The notes: generated by a model from the sequence alone, not told the origin. Positions 19,046 to 29,786 are shown, counted from the stretch's first letter. The stretch: 64,000 nucleotides of DNA from Candidatus Hydrogenedentota bacterium (GCA_963668025.2 CAXXTH010000023.1:386225-450224); one strand, 5' to 3'. A program made the numbers and translations.

Positions 19046-20458
19046 ATGCTCATGCTAAAAAATACGGAACACCCTTCTGATACATGCATCGAAAAAGCGC
19101 GAGAAGCTATTCATCGCTATGCCATGTTTCCGCAGGATGCGCGTGTGTTGGCGGCGGTTTCGGGCGGTCCTGATTCGATGAGCTTGATTCATGTATTGCG
19201 CACGCTGGGTTACCAGGTGGAAGCGGGACATTTCGACCATCAAACACGTTCTGGGGAAAGCGCCCGCGATGCAGCGTTCGTGCAAGAATGGACCAGCCAT
19301 GAAGGCATCTCGTGCCATATGGGGACAGCCCCAGTATCGAGCCAAGCGATTACGGAAGGACGCTCGTTTGAGGAAGCAGCGCGCCGGGCGCGATATGCCT
19401 TCTTGTTTGATGTGGCTTCTAGGATAGGCGCGCAGGCGGTCGCTACAGGGCACCATGCAGACGATCAAGCGGAGACGGTGCTAATGCGCCTTCTACGCGG
19501 AAGCTCGCCCCAAGGCTTAGCGGGGATTCCACCCATTCGTCTAGATGGCCCTGCTCCAGTGGCCAGGCCGCTATTTACTTGTACACGGGAAGAAATTCTA
19601 GCGTATGCCCAGGCTCACGGGCTGCCTTTCCGGGAGGATGCCTCCAATCAGGACTTTCGCCACTCGCGTAACCGGATCCGGCATGAATTATTGCCCCTTC
19701 TCGAAGCGGGGTATAATCCGCGCGTCCGCAGCGCATTGGTGCGCCTAGGAGAACTCGAGCGCGCCGAATGCGAACTCATTACGGAATGGGCGTTTAAGTT
19801 GCTCGAGCACTGCCTGTCAGACGCAGATACGCTGATACGGCAATACTTCATCGAAGCGCCTCTCGCATTACGCCGCCGGGTTTTGATCGAGTGGGGTTAT
19901 CGGCATGGAGCCGCATTGCCGTTTGCTATCGTTGACGCCGCCGATGCCTTTATTCGAGAAGGCCTGCCGGGGCATTCTTTTGATCTTGGCGGCGGATGGC
20001 TGTTGCATAACGCGCGTGCAGTGACGGAAATGAGCGGCATGCCTGGTCGGGAATCCTCTGTGAAAAACGAAGTGCGGCTTGATGTGCCGGGCCAAACGAC
20101 TGCGTTTGGGCAGTTTTTTACGGCGCGTATACTGCTGGAGCCGCCAGGGGGTGATCTGCGGGCATATTGTTCGCCTCAACGCCAAGTGTTTAACGCGGAC
20201 GAGGTGGGGACTCATTTCATTCTACGGCGGCGGCGTCCGGGCGACCGTTTCATGCCATTTGGATTGGGTGGAACCAAGAAGTTGAAAGATTATTTTAGCG
20301 GATTGGGATTGCCTCATGGAAAGCGTGACGCCGCAGTGATTTTAGATATCGGCGGCCGGATCGCATGGGTTGCAGGCATGGCCGTGGATGCGCGGTTTGC
20401 CGTCACCCGCCATACCCATCGCATTGTCGAAGTGGAGGTGTCCAATGCGGCTCAGTAG
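19046..20458 (+). CDS. tilS: tRNA(Ile)-lysidine synthetase
   Basis: AVSGGPDS, HHADDQAET, RNRIRHELLP and RRPGDRF..KKLKD; start approximate. Confidence 0.95.
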   Translation: MLMLKNTEHPSDTCIEKAREAIHRYAMFPQDARVLAAVSGGPDSMSLIHVLRTLGYQVEAGHFDHQTRSGESARDAAFVQEWTSHEGISCHMGTAPVSSQAITEGRSFEEAARRARYAFLFDVASRIGAQAVATGHHADDQAETVLMRLLRGSSPQGLAGIPPIRLDGPAPVARPLFTCTREEILAYAQAHGLPFREDASNQDFRHSRNRIRHELLPLLEAGYNPRVRSALVRLGELERAECELITEWAFKLLEHCLSDADTLIRQYFIEAPLALRRRVLIEWGYRHGAALPFAIVDAADAFIREGLPGHSFDLGGGWLLHNARAVTEMSGMPGRESSVKNEVRLDVPGQTTAFGQFFTARILLEPPGGDLRAYCSPQRQVFNADEVGTHFILRRRRPGDRFMPFGLGGTKKLKDYFSGLGLPHGKRDAAVILDIGGRIAWVAGMAVDARFAVTRHTHRIVEVEVSNAAQ

Positions 20459-20966
20459 CAGGCCGTTGATTACCAAATCGCGGATTGCACGCCGGGTGCG
20501 GGAAATGGGTGTTTCTATCACTACAGATTTTGTGGGGAAAGATCTGGTATTGCTGCCCGTGTTAAAAGGGGCGTATATGCTGGCGGCGGATTTGGCCCGT
20601 TGCATTAATATTCCATTCACGGTTGAGTTCATTCGCGCCCAAAGCTACATAGGCGTCCGTTCCTCAGGATGCGTGGAGCTTTCGCATTGGCCTGAAGCGG
20701 CACTCGAAGGGAAATGGGTGCTGATCATCGAGGACATACTCGATACGGGGCGCACTACGGCAGCGTTGCGCCAGCGTTTAAAAGCACAGCATGCAGCAGG
20801 CATTTCACTCTGTTGTTTACTTGACAAACCATCCCGGAGGGTGGCGCAGTCTGAAGCAGATTATGTGGGATTCACGATAGGCGATGATTTCGTGGTCGGG
20901 TATGGATTGGACTATCAAGAACAATACCGGCATTTGCCCGAAATATATGTGCTAGAGTCTGATTGA
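20445..20966 (+). CDS. hpt: Hypoxanthine phosphoribosyltransferase
   Basis: VLKG, IEDILDTGRT, LLDKP and FVVGYGLDY; follows tilS. Confidence 0.95.
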   Translation: MRLSSRPLITKSRIARRVREMGVSITTDFVGKDLVLLPVLKGAYMLAADLARCINIPFTVEFIRAQSYIGVRSSGCVELSHWPEAALEGKWVLIIEDILDTGRTTAALRQRLKAQHAAGISLCCLLDKPSRRVAQSEADYVGFTIGDDFVVGYGLDYQEQYRHLPEIYVLESD

Positions 20967-21048
20967 CAGCCAAGGTATGGTTCAGGATTAGTTTGATGGT
21001 GTACACTGTTCTCATCAAAGAAAGCCATAACGCAAAGAGGAGGATAGG

Positions 21049-22017
21049 GTGATGCGAATGTTTTATTCTGCCGTTTTAGCGGGCCTGCTGGCTGCCGTGT
21101 TGATGGGGTGTCCGGAAACGCCGCCAGAACAAGATCCCTCATTGGCGGTCTCCACCACGGATCTGCGATTTGCCCAAGGGGAAACGGTCAAATATTTACA
21201 AGTATGGAATAAAGGCGGCGGGAAGCTCTATTTCGATGTGACCCCGAGCAAGACGTGGATACAAGTGGATCCGTCCTTAGCCACCAGCACGGGCGCACTG
21301 GATATTGCCTCCATTAAGGTCACCCTGTTGGATGTAAAAGCGGAATTTTTCGAGGGTGATATTCAAGTGGAAGCGCCCGTGGGCGGCTCCGCCACCGTGC
21401 ATGTAACGGCTGGGCCGGATTATTACACCCAAGACTTCGCACCGGACACCTTCGATTTGCCGTTGCAGTCTATTACGTTTACACCAAACGACTCGTATAA
21501 TTTCTACGCGGCGGAGAAGGCCGTTTCCCTCACGTTGCCCACGAATCCAGAGGGCGGCTCGGATCTGCTTCCGTTCTTTACGCTAACCGGCGATCCCGCG
21601 CCGATCCCGCTCAAGGATAGCAAAACGGTGCTGCTGTATGGCGAAGCGTATGATACCGTTTATGTGAGCAGCGATGGTTATGTGCTGTTTGGCGCGGCAG
21701 CCGCGGCAGGCCGGACGGGATTTTCGGTAGCCAGCCATTTTGCCATCCCGGGCATATCGGGGTATTACACTAATCTCGATCCCACGGCGGGCGGAGAGGT
21801 CTCATGGCGGCAATTGGATGACCGTGTGGCGATCACATATCTAAACGTTCCTCTCGCAAGTGGCGGCTTAATCGGGAATACGTTCCAGATCGAGTTATTC
21901 TTTGATGGACGGATTCGCTTGTCCTATTTCCTGGTGCAATCCGCACAAGCAATCGTGGGCTTGTCGTCCGGAGCCGCGCCGAGTACGTTCGTATCAAGCG
22001 ATTTGAGTTCCTATTAG
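21049..22017 (+). CDS. Lipoprotein with BACON-like and NIDO-like domains
   Basis: Lipobox LMGC; 'VWNKGGG...WIQVDP'; 'YVSSDGYVLFG..NTFQIELFFDGRI'. Confidence 0.65.
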   Translation: MMRMFYSAVLAGLLAAVLMGCPETPPEQDPSLAVSTTDLRFAQGETVKYLQVWNKGGGKLYFDVTPSKTWIQVDPSLATSTGALDIASIKVTLLDVKAEFFEGDIQVEAPVGGSATVHVTAGPDYYTQDFAPDTFDLPLQSITFTPNDSYNFYAAEKAVSLTLPTNPEGGSDLLPFFTLTGDPAPIPLKDSKTVLLYGEAYDTVYVSSDGYVLFGAAAAAGRTGFSVASHFAIPGISGYYTNLDPTAGGEVSWRQLDDRVAITYLNVPLASGGLIGNTFQIELFFDGRIRLSYFLVQSAQAIVGLSSGAAPSTFVSSDLSSY

Positions 22018-22028
22018 CGCAAGGATTC

Positions 22029-22060
22029 GGGGAGGCAGCCCGTTGATCGGGCTGCCTCCC
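22029..22060 (+). terminator. GC-rich hairpin / terminator
   Basis: GGGAGGCAGCCCG-TTGAT-CGGGCTGCCTCCC. Confidence 0.6.
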
Positions 22061-22141
22061 ATCCGTTATCCGGGCAATAATCTTTTCCTATCGATTGTTC
22101 TCCTCTAAATGGCTGTTAGGCCCCAAAAAGGAGAGATCGAA

Positions 22142-22792
22142 ATGTACAAACACGTAAACTATAAACTGGTTTGGATGGGATATGTTCTTGCCATGGCGGC
22201 GGGAGCAGGTGTGGCTGGCGCTTGGGGCACCGTATGGGCGGCTTCGGCTCCCGTGACGCTCCAGGTGAAAGTAGGCGATGCTATGCCCGAATTCGACCTG
22301 CCCAATTACGATGGACAGGCGTATTCACTAGCTGCTGTCAAAGGGCAGATTGTAGTGCTCGAATTCAGCTCGCAGGCATGCCCGTACTCGGCAGGGGTAG
22401 CGCCTTCGCTTAACCAGCTTGCCAAGGATTATAAAGAAAAAGGGGTAGTTGTGTGGTCGATTGATTCACATCGCTCCACGACGCCGGAAGAGATCCAAGC
22501 GTATGCCAGCAAAGAAGGCTTGGTTTTTCCTATCCTCAAGGATACGGGGAATGCGTATGCGGATCAGGTAGGGGCAACCCGCACCCCAGAAATGTTTGTG
22601 CTGGACAAAGCACATAGGATATCGTATTACGGTGCTTTTGATGATCGGAGTGATCCGTCAAAAATAGGCGAAACGCCGTATGTGCGCAATGCGCTGGACG
22701 CGTTGCTGGCAGGCAAGCCCGTGGAGCCTGCCGAAGTGACGCCGTGGGGCTGCACCATTAAGCGCGCGGAGGCTGCTTCGCAAACCAAATGA
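22142..22792 (+). CDS. Exported AhpC/TSA-type thioredoxin-family protein
   Basis: CPYS site, TRTPE, YYGAFDD and C-terminal GCTIK. Confidence 0.85.
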   Translation: MYKHVNYKLVWMGYVLAMAAGAGVAGAWGTVWAASAPVTLQVKVGDAMPEFDLPNYDGQAYSLAAVKGQIVVLEFSSQACPYSAGVAPSLNQLAKDYKEKGVVVWSIDSHRSTTPEEIQAYASKEGLVFPILKDTGNAYADQVGATRTPEMFVLDKAHRISYYGAFDDRSDPSKIGETPYVRNALDALLAGKPVEPAEVTPWGCTIKRAEAASQTK

Positions 22793-22884
22793 TGGAATCA
22801 ATGGTCCAAATACATGGGGATCACCCGTAGGTGGTCCCCTATTGCTGTAAGCTATGGGGTGCATTTTGGAAAGGAAGCGGAGAT

Positions 22885-23595
22885 ATGCGGTGGCAATCGT
22901 TGTGGACGGCGCGTTATGCCGAATGGCGATGGGTGGTGCTGGGTGTGGCGGTAGCCGCTGGAATAGGGGCATGCTCGAAAGCGCCTGAGCCATCCTCGCC
23001 CAATGCGGCGGCAGGCGGAACGGCCCAGGCCGTCCGTACCGCTCAAGCCGTATATGAAGCCCAAGCATTGTATGATGCTGATAGCCTATATTCCGCGGAG
23101 AATATGTATGCTTCAAATGAGATATCAATCAGTAGTGTTGACAGCCAAAGCGTGATCGTGTCTGGAGGACTGGGAAACCTGTTCAAGGCTATTCAATCCA
23201 AGAAAGGTTCGCGGGTGATCGTGGTATTTTGGGCACCATGGGATCCAGCAAGCACCGGGGTAGCTAATGAAGTGACCCGACTGGCCAAGATTGTGCAGGC
23301 CGATAATGTCGCTTTTTTCAGCGTTGCGGTTCGCACGGATATCGATACGCAAATTAGGCCCTACGCTAAAAACAATTTTATGCCCGATAAGCTGTATGTC
23401 TTAGATGTAGATGCGCCTGCCCTGAAGCAGTCGCTTCCATGTCAAACTTCATGGGATGGATCCTTGTCGGCCACCTTTGTGTTTGGAACCGATGGCGCTC
23501 TTAAGCAAGAATTCTTGCGGCCTGCAATCGCACAAGAGGTGCTTTCTGCTTTGGGCCCTGTGCAATCCTCGAAAACATTACCTGTAGGCGGCTAA
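22885..23595 (+). CDS. TlpA-like lipoprotein lacking CxxC
   Basis: Lipobox IGAC; FWAPWDPAS in place of FWAPWCxxC. Confidence 0.7.
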   Translation: MRWQSLWTARYAEWRWVVLGVAVAAGIGACSKAPEPSSPNAAAGGTAQAVRTAQAVYEAQALYDADSLYSAENMYASNEISISSVDSQSVIVSGGLGNLFKAIQSKKGSRVIVVFWAPWDPASTGVANEVTRLAKIVQADNVAFFSVAVRTDIDTQIRPYAKNNFMPDKLYVLDVDAPALKQSLPCQTSWDGSLSATFVFGTDGALKQEFLRPAIAQEVLSALGPVQSSKTLPVGG

Positions 23596-23664
23596 TTGCT
23601 GTCAACAAAAGTGCCGGGAACATCGTTTATCGAGCATGCGCATGAATGTGCGCCAACTCGAAGG

Positions 23665-24372
23665 ATGAAACCGATGCTCTCAAAAACGCGTAAGCAATAC
23701 TGTATGGCGTGGTGTTTTCCGGCCCTGATGCTGGTTAGCTTAATCCTGATGGCGGTTCATTCGGAGGAAACGGCGCGCGCGGAGACGAGTCCAGTGGAAG
23801 TGCAAGACACGGCCTCGAGGCAAGCGCGCGCCCTTCAAGAAACCCAAGCGTTGTATGAAGCGCAAGGCCTATACGAAGCCGGGGCGTTGTATGATGCACA
23901 GGGGATTTATACGATAGACACCAGTTCGGCGGATGCGCCCGTCGTTTCAATCGAGCCGAAAGAACTCGCGCAGATTATTCAGAGCGCTAAGGGCCGCCAG
24001 GTACTGGTTAATTTCTGGGCGCCGTGGTGCGCTCCATGCGTGGAAGAGATGCCCGAATTCGTGTCCTTTTATAAGGCTTCACGAGATGCGGCTATCCGCT
24101 TTGTGAGTGTTGTCGTGCTCTCTGATCTGGAAGAGCGGGTTCGCCCATTTCTCAAAAGCAATCCCTTGCCATTCACCGTTTATTATCTAAATGCATCCTC
24201 GCCGGGCGATGTGCTCAAATCGTTGCCATGGGCAACCGAGTGGGATGGCGCATTACCCGCCACATTTCTGCTGAATGCGCGTGGGGAATTGGCGCAGGAA
24301 TGGCTAGGCGCTACGAATGCCCAGGAATTAGCGGATGCCGCAAGCCTTGCAGCGGAATCGGAATCGCCTTGA
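23665..24372 (+). CDS. TlpA-family thiol:disulfide oxidoreductase
   Basis: VNFWAPWCAPCVEEMP and ALPATF. Confidence 0.88.
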   Translation: MKPMLSKTRKQYCMAWCFPALMLVSLILMAVHSEETARAETSPVEVQDTASRQARALQETQALYEAQGLYEAGALYDAQGIYTIDTSSADAPVVSIEPKELAQIIQSAKGRQVLVNFWAPWCAPCVEEMPEFVSFYKASRDAAIRFVSVVVLSDLEERVRPFLKSNPLPFTVYYLNASSPGDVLKSLPWATEWDGALPATFLLNARGELAQEWLGATNAQELADAASLAAESESP

Positions 24373-24379
24373 GCATTGA

Positions 24380-25141
24380 TTAGATGCGGCGTATGGCAGC
24401 CACGGGCCGCGTGATCTCTCCGCAGGTATCAAGCGGCTGTTCGAGATCCCACTCGTTCCACCAGCCGATGAACTCGAAATCGTCGCGCTGGCGCAGGAAC
24501 AGCAAGAATTCCTGTGGATATATGGCCCGCTTGATGGCCTTTCCTTCGAAGTGGCGCTTCCCGCCATTATCGTCGGCATCGAGAATCAGCGTTTCTTCGT
24601 AAAGCTGGCATGCCCGGTTCACATTACGGCACACAAGGCTTGCATGAACGGCGATGCCGTCACGCTCTTCTTCCCATGCATCCACGATATCCACCGTCGG
24701 AGTGAAGTCGATACACCGATCCAAGACATACAGGCCGCCGGGCTTGAGCGCCCGCGCCATGGCGTCGAAATGGCTCCACAATTCGCCATTGTCCGTGACG
24801 TATAGAGAGCCCAAAAAGACGGCCGCTAAATCAACAGGCTCCTGCAAATGAAAATCCACCAGATTGGCTTGTATGAACTCCGCGGAGCCGCCATGCGCCT
24901 GTGCTTTGGCCTTCGCATATTCCAGCATGGATGGATTCAAGTCCAGGCCAATGTACTCATATCCGCGCGCCAGCCATTCCGGGAGATGCGGCGCATTGCC
25001 GCATCCAATTTCGAGTATCCGCTGGGGAGGAGCCGCCATATGCCGCTGCGCGATTTCCTCAAGCGCATCGGCCTCTGCTTTTACATCACGAAACGAGAAT
25101 GCAATCTCATAGTATTCAGGATGATCAAACGAGCCATGCAT
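24380..25141 (-). CDS. Class I SAM-dependent methyltransferase
   Basis: ILEIGCGN, GLDLNPSML and LKPGGLYV; AAGGAG RBS. Confidence 0.9.
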   Translation of the reverse strand: MHGSFDHPEYYEIAFSFRDVKAEADALEEIAQRHMAAPPQRILEIGCGNAPHLPEWLARGYEYIGLDLNPSMLEYAKAKAQAHGGSAEFIQANLVDFHLQEPVDLAAVFLGSLYVTDNGELWSHFDAMARALKPGGLYVLDRCIDFTPTVDIVDAWEEERDGIAVHASLVCRNVNRACQLYEETLILDADDNGGKRHFEGKAIKRAIYPQEFLLFLRQRDDFEFIGWWNEWDLEQPLDTCGEITRPVAAIRRI

Positions 25142-25296
25142 GTGGTATACATTCTCCTTTCCAAAAATAAACGTGTCCCGCCGCGTATGCATAAGGCACT
25201 CCCATGACGCAATGAATAGCTGGTTTCCGTTCTGGATTTCCCAGCCCGTGTACAGTACCATGAGATTTCGTACGTGGCAACGAGGAGAAACTTACC

Positions 25297-26643
25297 ATGT
25301 CTGAAACAATACCTTGTCTTGAAGAGCAACTGAATGACTTTGATCCGTCACGCCGGCGCTCGGCTCTTGAACAGCTTGCGGCAATGGCGCTCCGTGGCGA
25401 AGCCGCCCTGGCTCACGAACGGCCCTGGCTCAACCTGCACAGCCATACGTTTTTTTCGTTCAATGGCTACGGGTATTCACCGAGCTACTTTGCGTGGAAA
25501 GCGCGCAAGGAAGGCTTGGCGGCTGGGGGCATAGTGGATTTTGATGTCCTGGATGGCGTGGATGAATTTCTGGACGCCGGGCGCATTCTTGGGTTGCGGG
25601 CCTGCGCGGGCATGGAGACGCGCGTTTTTGTGGAAGCGCTAGCGGACAAAGTGATCAATTCCCCCGGCGAACCTGGGGTGGCGTATTTCATGGCGATGGG
25701 ATTTCCGAATGGAAACGCGGCCCATCAGGCCGTGCCACAGGAATTGCACGCCATCGCCCAGCGTAGAAACCAAATGATGCTTGGCCGGATCAACCCCTTT
25801 CTTTCCCCAGTAGAAATCGATTATGAACGCGATGTGCTGCCTCTTACGCCTGCGGGCAATGTAACGGAACGCCACCTTTGCATGGCGTATGATCAAAAGG
25901 CCCGGGCCACTTTCAATGCGGAAAATTTAATAAAGTTCTGGATGGAAAAACTGTCCAGCGACGCCGAAACGGTTCGAAATGCCCTCGCTTCCCCGCCGGT
26001 TATGCAAGGCCTCATTCGCGGCAAGACCATGAAAGCAGGGGGCGTAGGTTATGTGCCCGCCCAAGGGCCTGATTTTCCCGCGCTCGAACATGTGGCGCGT
26101 TTCGCTTTGGATGCGGGCGCTGTGCCGACATACGCCTTCCTGGATGGTTCGAACGAGGGCGAGGCGGACATGGAGCGGCTGTTTGATGTAATGGGGCAGG
26201 CCGGTGCGGCCGCCGTCAACATCATTCCTGACCGCAATTGGAATTTCCGTGACGCCGACACCCGGCGCAAAAAAACGGCGCTATTCCACCAATTCACCCG
26301 CATGGCGGTTGATCGCGGCATGCCTATCGTCGTAGGCACCGAAATGAACGCCCATGGGCAGCGTTTCGTGGATGATTTTGACGCGCCAGAAATGGCGGAG
26401 TTCGCCGGTGAATTTCTTAAAGGGGCGTATGTATTTTATGCGCATACGCTGCTTGAAGCGCGCGGCTCCATGGGGTATTGCAGCCCATGGGCGGCGAAGT
26501 CGTTTACATCAACGGAGGCGAAAAACACATTCTATGAGCGCGTGGGACGCGCTGTCGCGCCAGAAGCTACGCAGGTGCTCGATGGTGTTGCCCCTGTGAT
26601 GACAACGGAAGAAGTGTTGCTGATGGCGAAGGCCACTGCATAA
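25297..26643 (+). CDS. PHP-domain-like metallo-protein
   Basis: NLHSHTFFS, GIVDFD, GME and GTEMN. Confidence 0.7.
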   Translation: MSETIPCLEEQLNDFDPSRRRSALEQLAAMALRGEAALAHERPWLNLHSHTFFSFNGYGYSPSYFAWKARKEGLAAGGIVDFDVLDGVDEFLDAGRILGLRACAGMETRVFVEALADKVINSPGEPGVAYFMAMGFPNGNAAHQAVPQELHAIAQRRNQMMLGRINPFLSPVEIDYERDVLPLTPAGNVTERHLCMAYDQKARATFNAENLIKFWMEKLSSDAETVRNALASPPVMQGLIRGKTMKAGGVGYVPAQGPDFPALEHVARFALDAGAVPTYAFLDGSNEGEADMERLFDVMGQAGAAAVNIIPDRNWNFRDADTRRKKTALFHQFTRMAVDRGMPIVVGTEMNAHGQRFVDDFDAPEMAEFAGEFLKGAYVFYAHTLLEARGSMGYCSPWAAKSFTSTEAKNTFYERVGRAVAPEATQVLDGVAPVMTTEEVLLMAKATA

Positions 26644-26695
26644 AACCGTTCATCCGGATGCTTCGGCCTGTTTTCCAGGTTGAAACATCCGGGTC

Positions 26696-27505
26696 TTATT
26701 CAGAAAGCCGAAATAACCGCCGCGCGTTTTCAACGGTGCGCTGGGCGAGTTCTTCCACGGATTCGCCGCGCGTTTCAGCCAATGTTTGCAAGGTATAGCA
26801 AACATACGCCGGTTCGCATCGTTTGCCCCGCACGGGCTGAGGCGCTAAATAGGGGCTATCCGTCTCGACCAGCAGCCTCTCCACCGGCACGGCTCGGGCG
26901 GCGTCCCGCAATTCCTGGGCTTTAGGAAATGTGACATTGCCCGCGAATGAGATGTGCAATCCCCATCCCAGGGTGCGTTCCACGAAATCTGGCCCTCCGG
27001 CAAAACAATGCATGACGCCGCCAGCGGGCAATGGAGCATATTCATCAAGGATGGCGCTTACATCTTCGTGGGCTTCGCGGTTATGGATGGCCACCGGCAG
27101 AGCCAATTCCCGCGCCAATTCGAGCTGGGCGATGAACGCTTCGCGCTGCGCTTCTTTCGGCGTAGTGCAATAACGGTAATAATCAAGCCCTGTTTCACCA
27201 ATACCCACTACGCCCGGCGACAAGGCCAGCTCGCGAAGTGTATCGAGCGCGGAATCGGAGTCCGGGGTCGTTTCGCCACATAAGAGGGCCGCATGATAGG
27301 GATGAACGCCCACTACGGCGTACACACCCGGCCCGCACAGCTCGATGGCGCGGCGGCTTGCTTCCAGGTCATCGCCCACCACGATAAGAGCCTCGAGGCT
27401 ATGGCGCGCCCGCTCAAGCACTTCTCCACGATCCGCGTCAAACGCTTCACTCTGGACATGGCAATGCGTATCAATGAGCAGCGTCTTCACGCAGCTAGAA
27501 ATCAT
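26696..27505 (-). CDS. tatD: TatD family nuclease
   Basis: DTHCH, GETGLDY, HNREA, HCF and ETDSPYL; true start may lie slightly downstream. Confidence 0.93.
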   Translation of the reverse strand: MISSCVKTLLIDTHCHVQSEAFDADRGEVLERARHSLEALIVVGDDLEASRRAIELCGPGVYAVVGVHPYHAALLCGETTPDSDSALDTLRELALSPGVVGIGETGLDYYRYCTTPKEAQREAFIAQLELARELALPVAIHNREAHEDVSAILDEYAPLPAGGVMHCFAGGPDFVERTLGWGLHISFAGNVTFPKAQELRDAARAVPVERLLVETDSPYLAPQPVRGKRCEPAYVCYTLQTLAETRGESVEELAQRTVENARRLFRLSE

Positions 27506-28452
27506 GATTCATCCGGTTCCGATGTTTCCGGGCTATTGGCGCCTGGGCTGGTGTGTTTGCGTTTGCGGCGGCGTTTGCGTTTTTTCGGTGCTTCTTGTCC
27601 TTGAGCCACAGGGGCGCCAGTGGCGGGAGGGGCGGCGCTTTCGGGCGAAAACGGCTCGTACTCATCCGTGAGGTTATTAAGCTCTTCATCGTCGTACGCG
27701 ATGCTTTCGCCAATATCTATGAGCGCGGATAAATCGTCTTCTTCGAATATCTCTTCGAGCCCTTCTTCACGTACGGCCTCGCCGCTCGAGGCCAGTGCGC
27801 TCGCTATCTTCTTGCCGCCATATTGGTCATTTTCGTATCCCAGGCAGCAGAGCAGGCGTCCGCACTGGCCGCTGATTTTGGTGGGATTCAATGACAGATT
27901 CTGCCGCTTGGCCATCTTCATCGAGATGGGTTTGAATTCCCGCAGCCAGGATGCGCAGCACAGTTCACGCCCGCACACCCCAAGCCCGCCCGTAAGCCGT
28001 GCCGCATCGCGCACTTGGATATGCCGCAGCTCGATGCGCACGCGCAGCGCCTGCGCCAAATCGCGCACGAGCTGGCGGAAATCCACCCGGTCCGCCGCGG
28101 TAAAATAGAAGACGGCTTTATGCTTGTCGAAGGTGTATTCCGCGTCCACCAGCTTCATGGGCAGGTGGCGTTCCCGGATTTTCTCTTCGCACACCTGCAT
28201 GGCTTTATGTTCTTCGGTTTGAAGCTCGATGAAGTCCGCCTCATCGCTCAAAGAGGCCTTGCGGACGACTTCCATTTTGATGCGCTCTCCGGCGTCGTCT
28301 GGGCAAGATTCCGGAGGGATAACGCACACGCCATATTCGAGGCCGCGGTCGCTGCGTACAATGCACGGGTCATCCCGTTGCAGTTCGATGTCCGGGCACA
28401 AGAATGTGTACACCCGCGTGGCCCTGCGAATTCGTATTTTCACCGATTGCAT
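27502..28452 (-). CDS. ricT: PSP1/RicT (YaaT) family protein
   Basis: RVDFRQLV, CGRELCC and SGQCGRLLCCL; in holB-yaaT-tatD synteny. Confidence 0.9.
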   Translation of the reverse strand: MQSVKIRIRRATRVYTFLCPDIELQRDDPCIVRSDRGLEYGVCVIPPESCPDDAGERIKMEVVRKASLSDEADFIELQTEEHKAMQVCEEKIRERHLPMKLVDAEYTFDKHKAVFYFTAADRVDFRQLVRDLAQALRVRIELRHIQVRDAARLTGGLGVCGRELCCASWLREFKPISMKMAKRQNLSLNPTKISGQCGRLLCCLGYENDQYGGKKIASALASSGEAVREEGLEEIFEEDDLSALIDIGESIAYDDEELNNLTDEYEPFSPESAAPPATGAPVAQGQEAPKKRKRRRKRKHTSPGANSPETSEPDES

Positions 28453-28483
28453 TTATAACGTCTCCATAGTGGACGGCCGCCGT

Positions 28484-29572
28484 TTAGGGCGCGGCCAATG
28501 CAAAGAATAAGTCTCGAAATACGCGGTCTTCGCTCACAAAGCGTTCGAGGAGCCGCCGGTTTTTCTCGATAGCCACGATTTTAGCGCCGGGGTCCGAGGA
28601 GCCTTCCCGTTCCAAGCGGCCAATCTGATCCCGGTTAAGCACATGCCCATGATCGCCTGCGGCGGCATAAATTAACTGATCGCGGTACCAGGTCTCCAGT
28701 AAATACAGGTATTCCTGCAAGTTCCGTTTATGCAGCGCATCCACCGCCGCCATTTGTTCTTCTTTGAGCTGCTCGCGCTCTTCCGGCGTCATGCTCTGGC
28801 GATCCCGGACATCCAGCGCCGCGTCAATACTCGACTCATCAGCCTTGCGCTGCTCGGCCAATTTCTTGATGAACTCTTCGGAAATAACGACGGGGTCGTC
28901 CCCTTGCGCCAGGCGCTCGGTGATGGACAAGATAATAGCGCGTTTGTCGGAATCCACCAGATCAAGGGCTCGAGTCATTTGGCCTTGAGACAGGCCCGCG
29001 ATGGCTTGCGCAAGCTCCACGGGCAAATCGCGCTGGGCTTGGAGGAGTTCGACGATGGTTTCCGTGCGCAAACAGCGGAAACGCACCTGCTGGCAGCGTG
29101 AACGGATGGTCGGCAACAGCATGCGGGGAAATTGTGACAGCAAGATAAAAAGGGTGTTGCCGGGCGGCTCTTCCAAGGTCTTGAGGAAATGATTCTGGGC
29201 TTGCAGATTCATCCGCTCCGCGTCTTGCAAGATCACCACGCGCCATTGGCTTTCATATGGGCGCAGCGCCGCCTGTCCGGTCACATCTTCAATGACCTCG
29301 ATGGAAATCTGCCTCGATTTTTTCGCGGGGATGACGATGCGCAAATCCGGGTGGTTGCCGCTGGCCGCTTTGCGGCACGACAGACATTCGCCGCAAGAAT
29401 CATCTTCCTTGTTGCGGCAATTGATGGCTTTCGCCATCTCGATGGCGGCCATGCGTTTGCCCACGCCGTCCGGCCCGCAAAAGAGCAAGGCGTTCGGCAC
29501 GCGGCCGCGCCGCAGCACATTGCGCAGCAACCGCAAGGCCGTGTCCTGATCTCGAATGTCCTGAAAACTCAT
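28484..29572 (-). CDS. holB: DNA polymerase III delta' subunit
   Basis: GPDGVGK, Cys zinc module, HPD, LKTLEEPP and TIRSRC. Confidence 0.93.
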   Translation of the reverse strand: MSFQDIRDQDTALRLLRNVLRRGRVPNALLFCGPDGVGKRMAAIEMAKAINCRNKEDDSCGECLSCRKAASGNHPDLRIVIPAKKSRQISIEVIEDVTGQAALRPYESQWRVVILQDAERMNLQAQNHFLKTLEEPPGNTLFILLSQFPRMLLPTIRSRCQQVRFRCLRTETIVELLQAQRDLPVELAQAIAGLSQGQMTRALDLVDSDKRAIILSITERLAQGDDPVVISEEFIKKLAEQRKADESSIDAALDVRDRQSMTPEEREQLKEEQMAAVDALHKRNLQEYLYLLETWYRDQLIYAAAGDHGHVLNRDQIGRLEREGSSDPGAKIVAIEKNRRLLERFVSEDRVFRDLFFALAAP

Positions 29573-29740
29573 ACTATGGATTTCCTGTAAACAGGAGAAT
29601 CATACCGTGTCGGCGGCATGGCTGTCACATTTTGGCCGGATGCAAGCGCGCAGGGAGAGGCAGAAGCCCGTACCCTTCTTTTCCCGGCGCAACGGCATAC
29701 ACACCCGTGTCGGCTAGAGGTTGCGCGCACCATATGCAAG

Positions 29741-29786
29741 CACAAAAAGCGGAAGAGCTTCTCTGGGAACACTCTTCCGCTTTGTG
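29741..29786 (-). terminator. Terminator-like hairpin after rpmG
   Basis: AAAGCGGAAGAG...CTCTTCCGCTTT inverted repeat. Confidence 0.7.
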
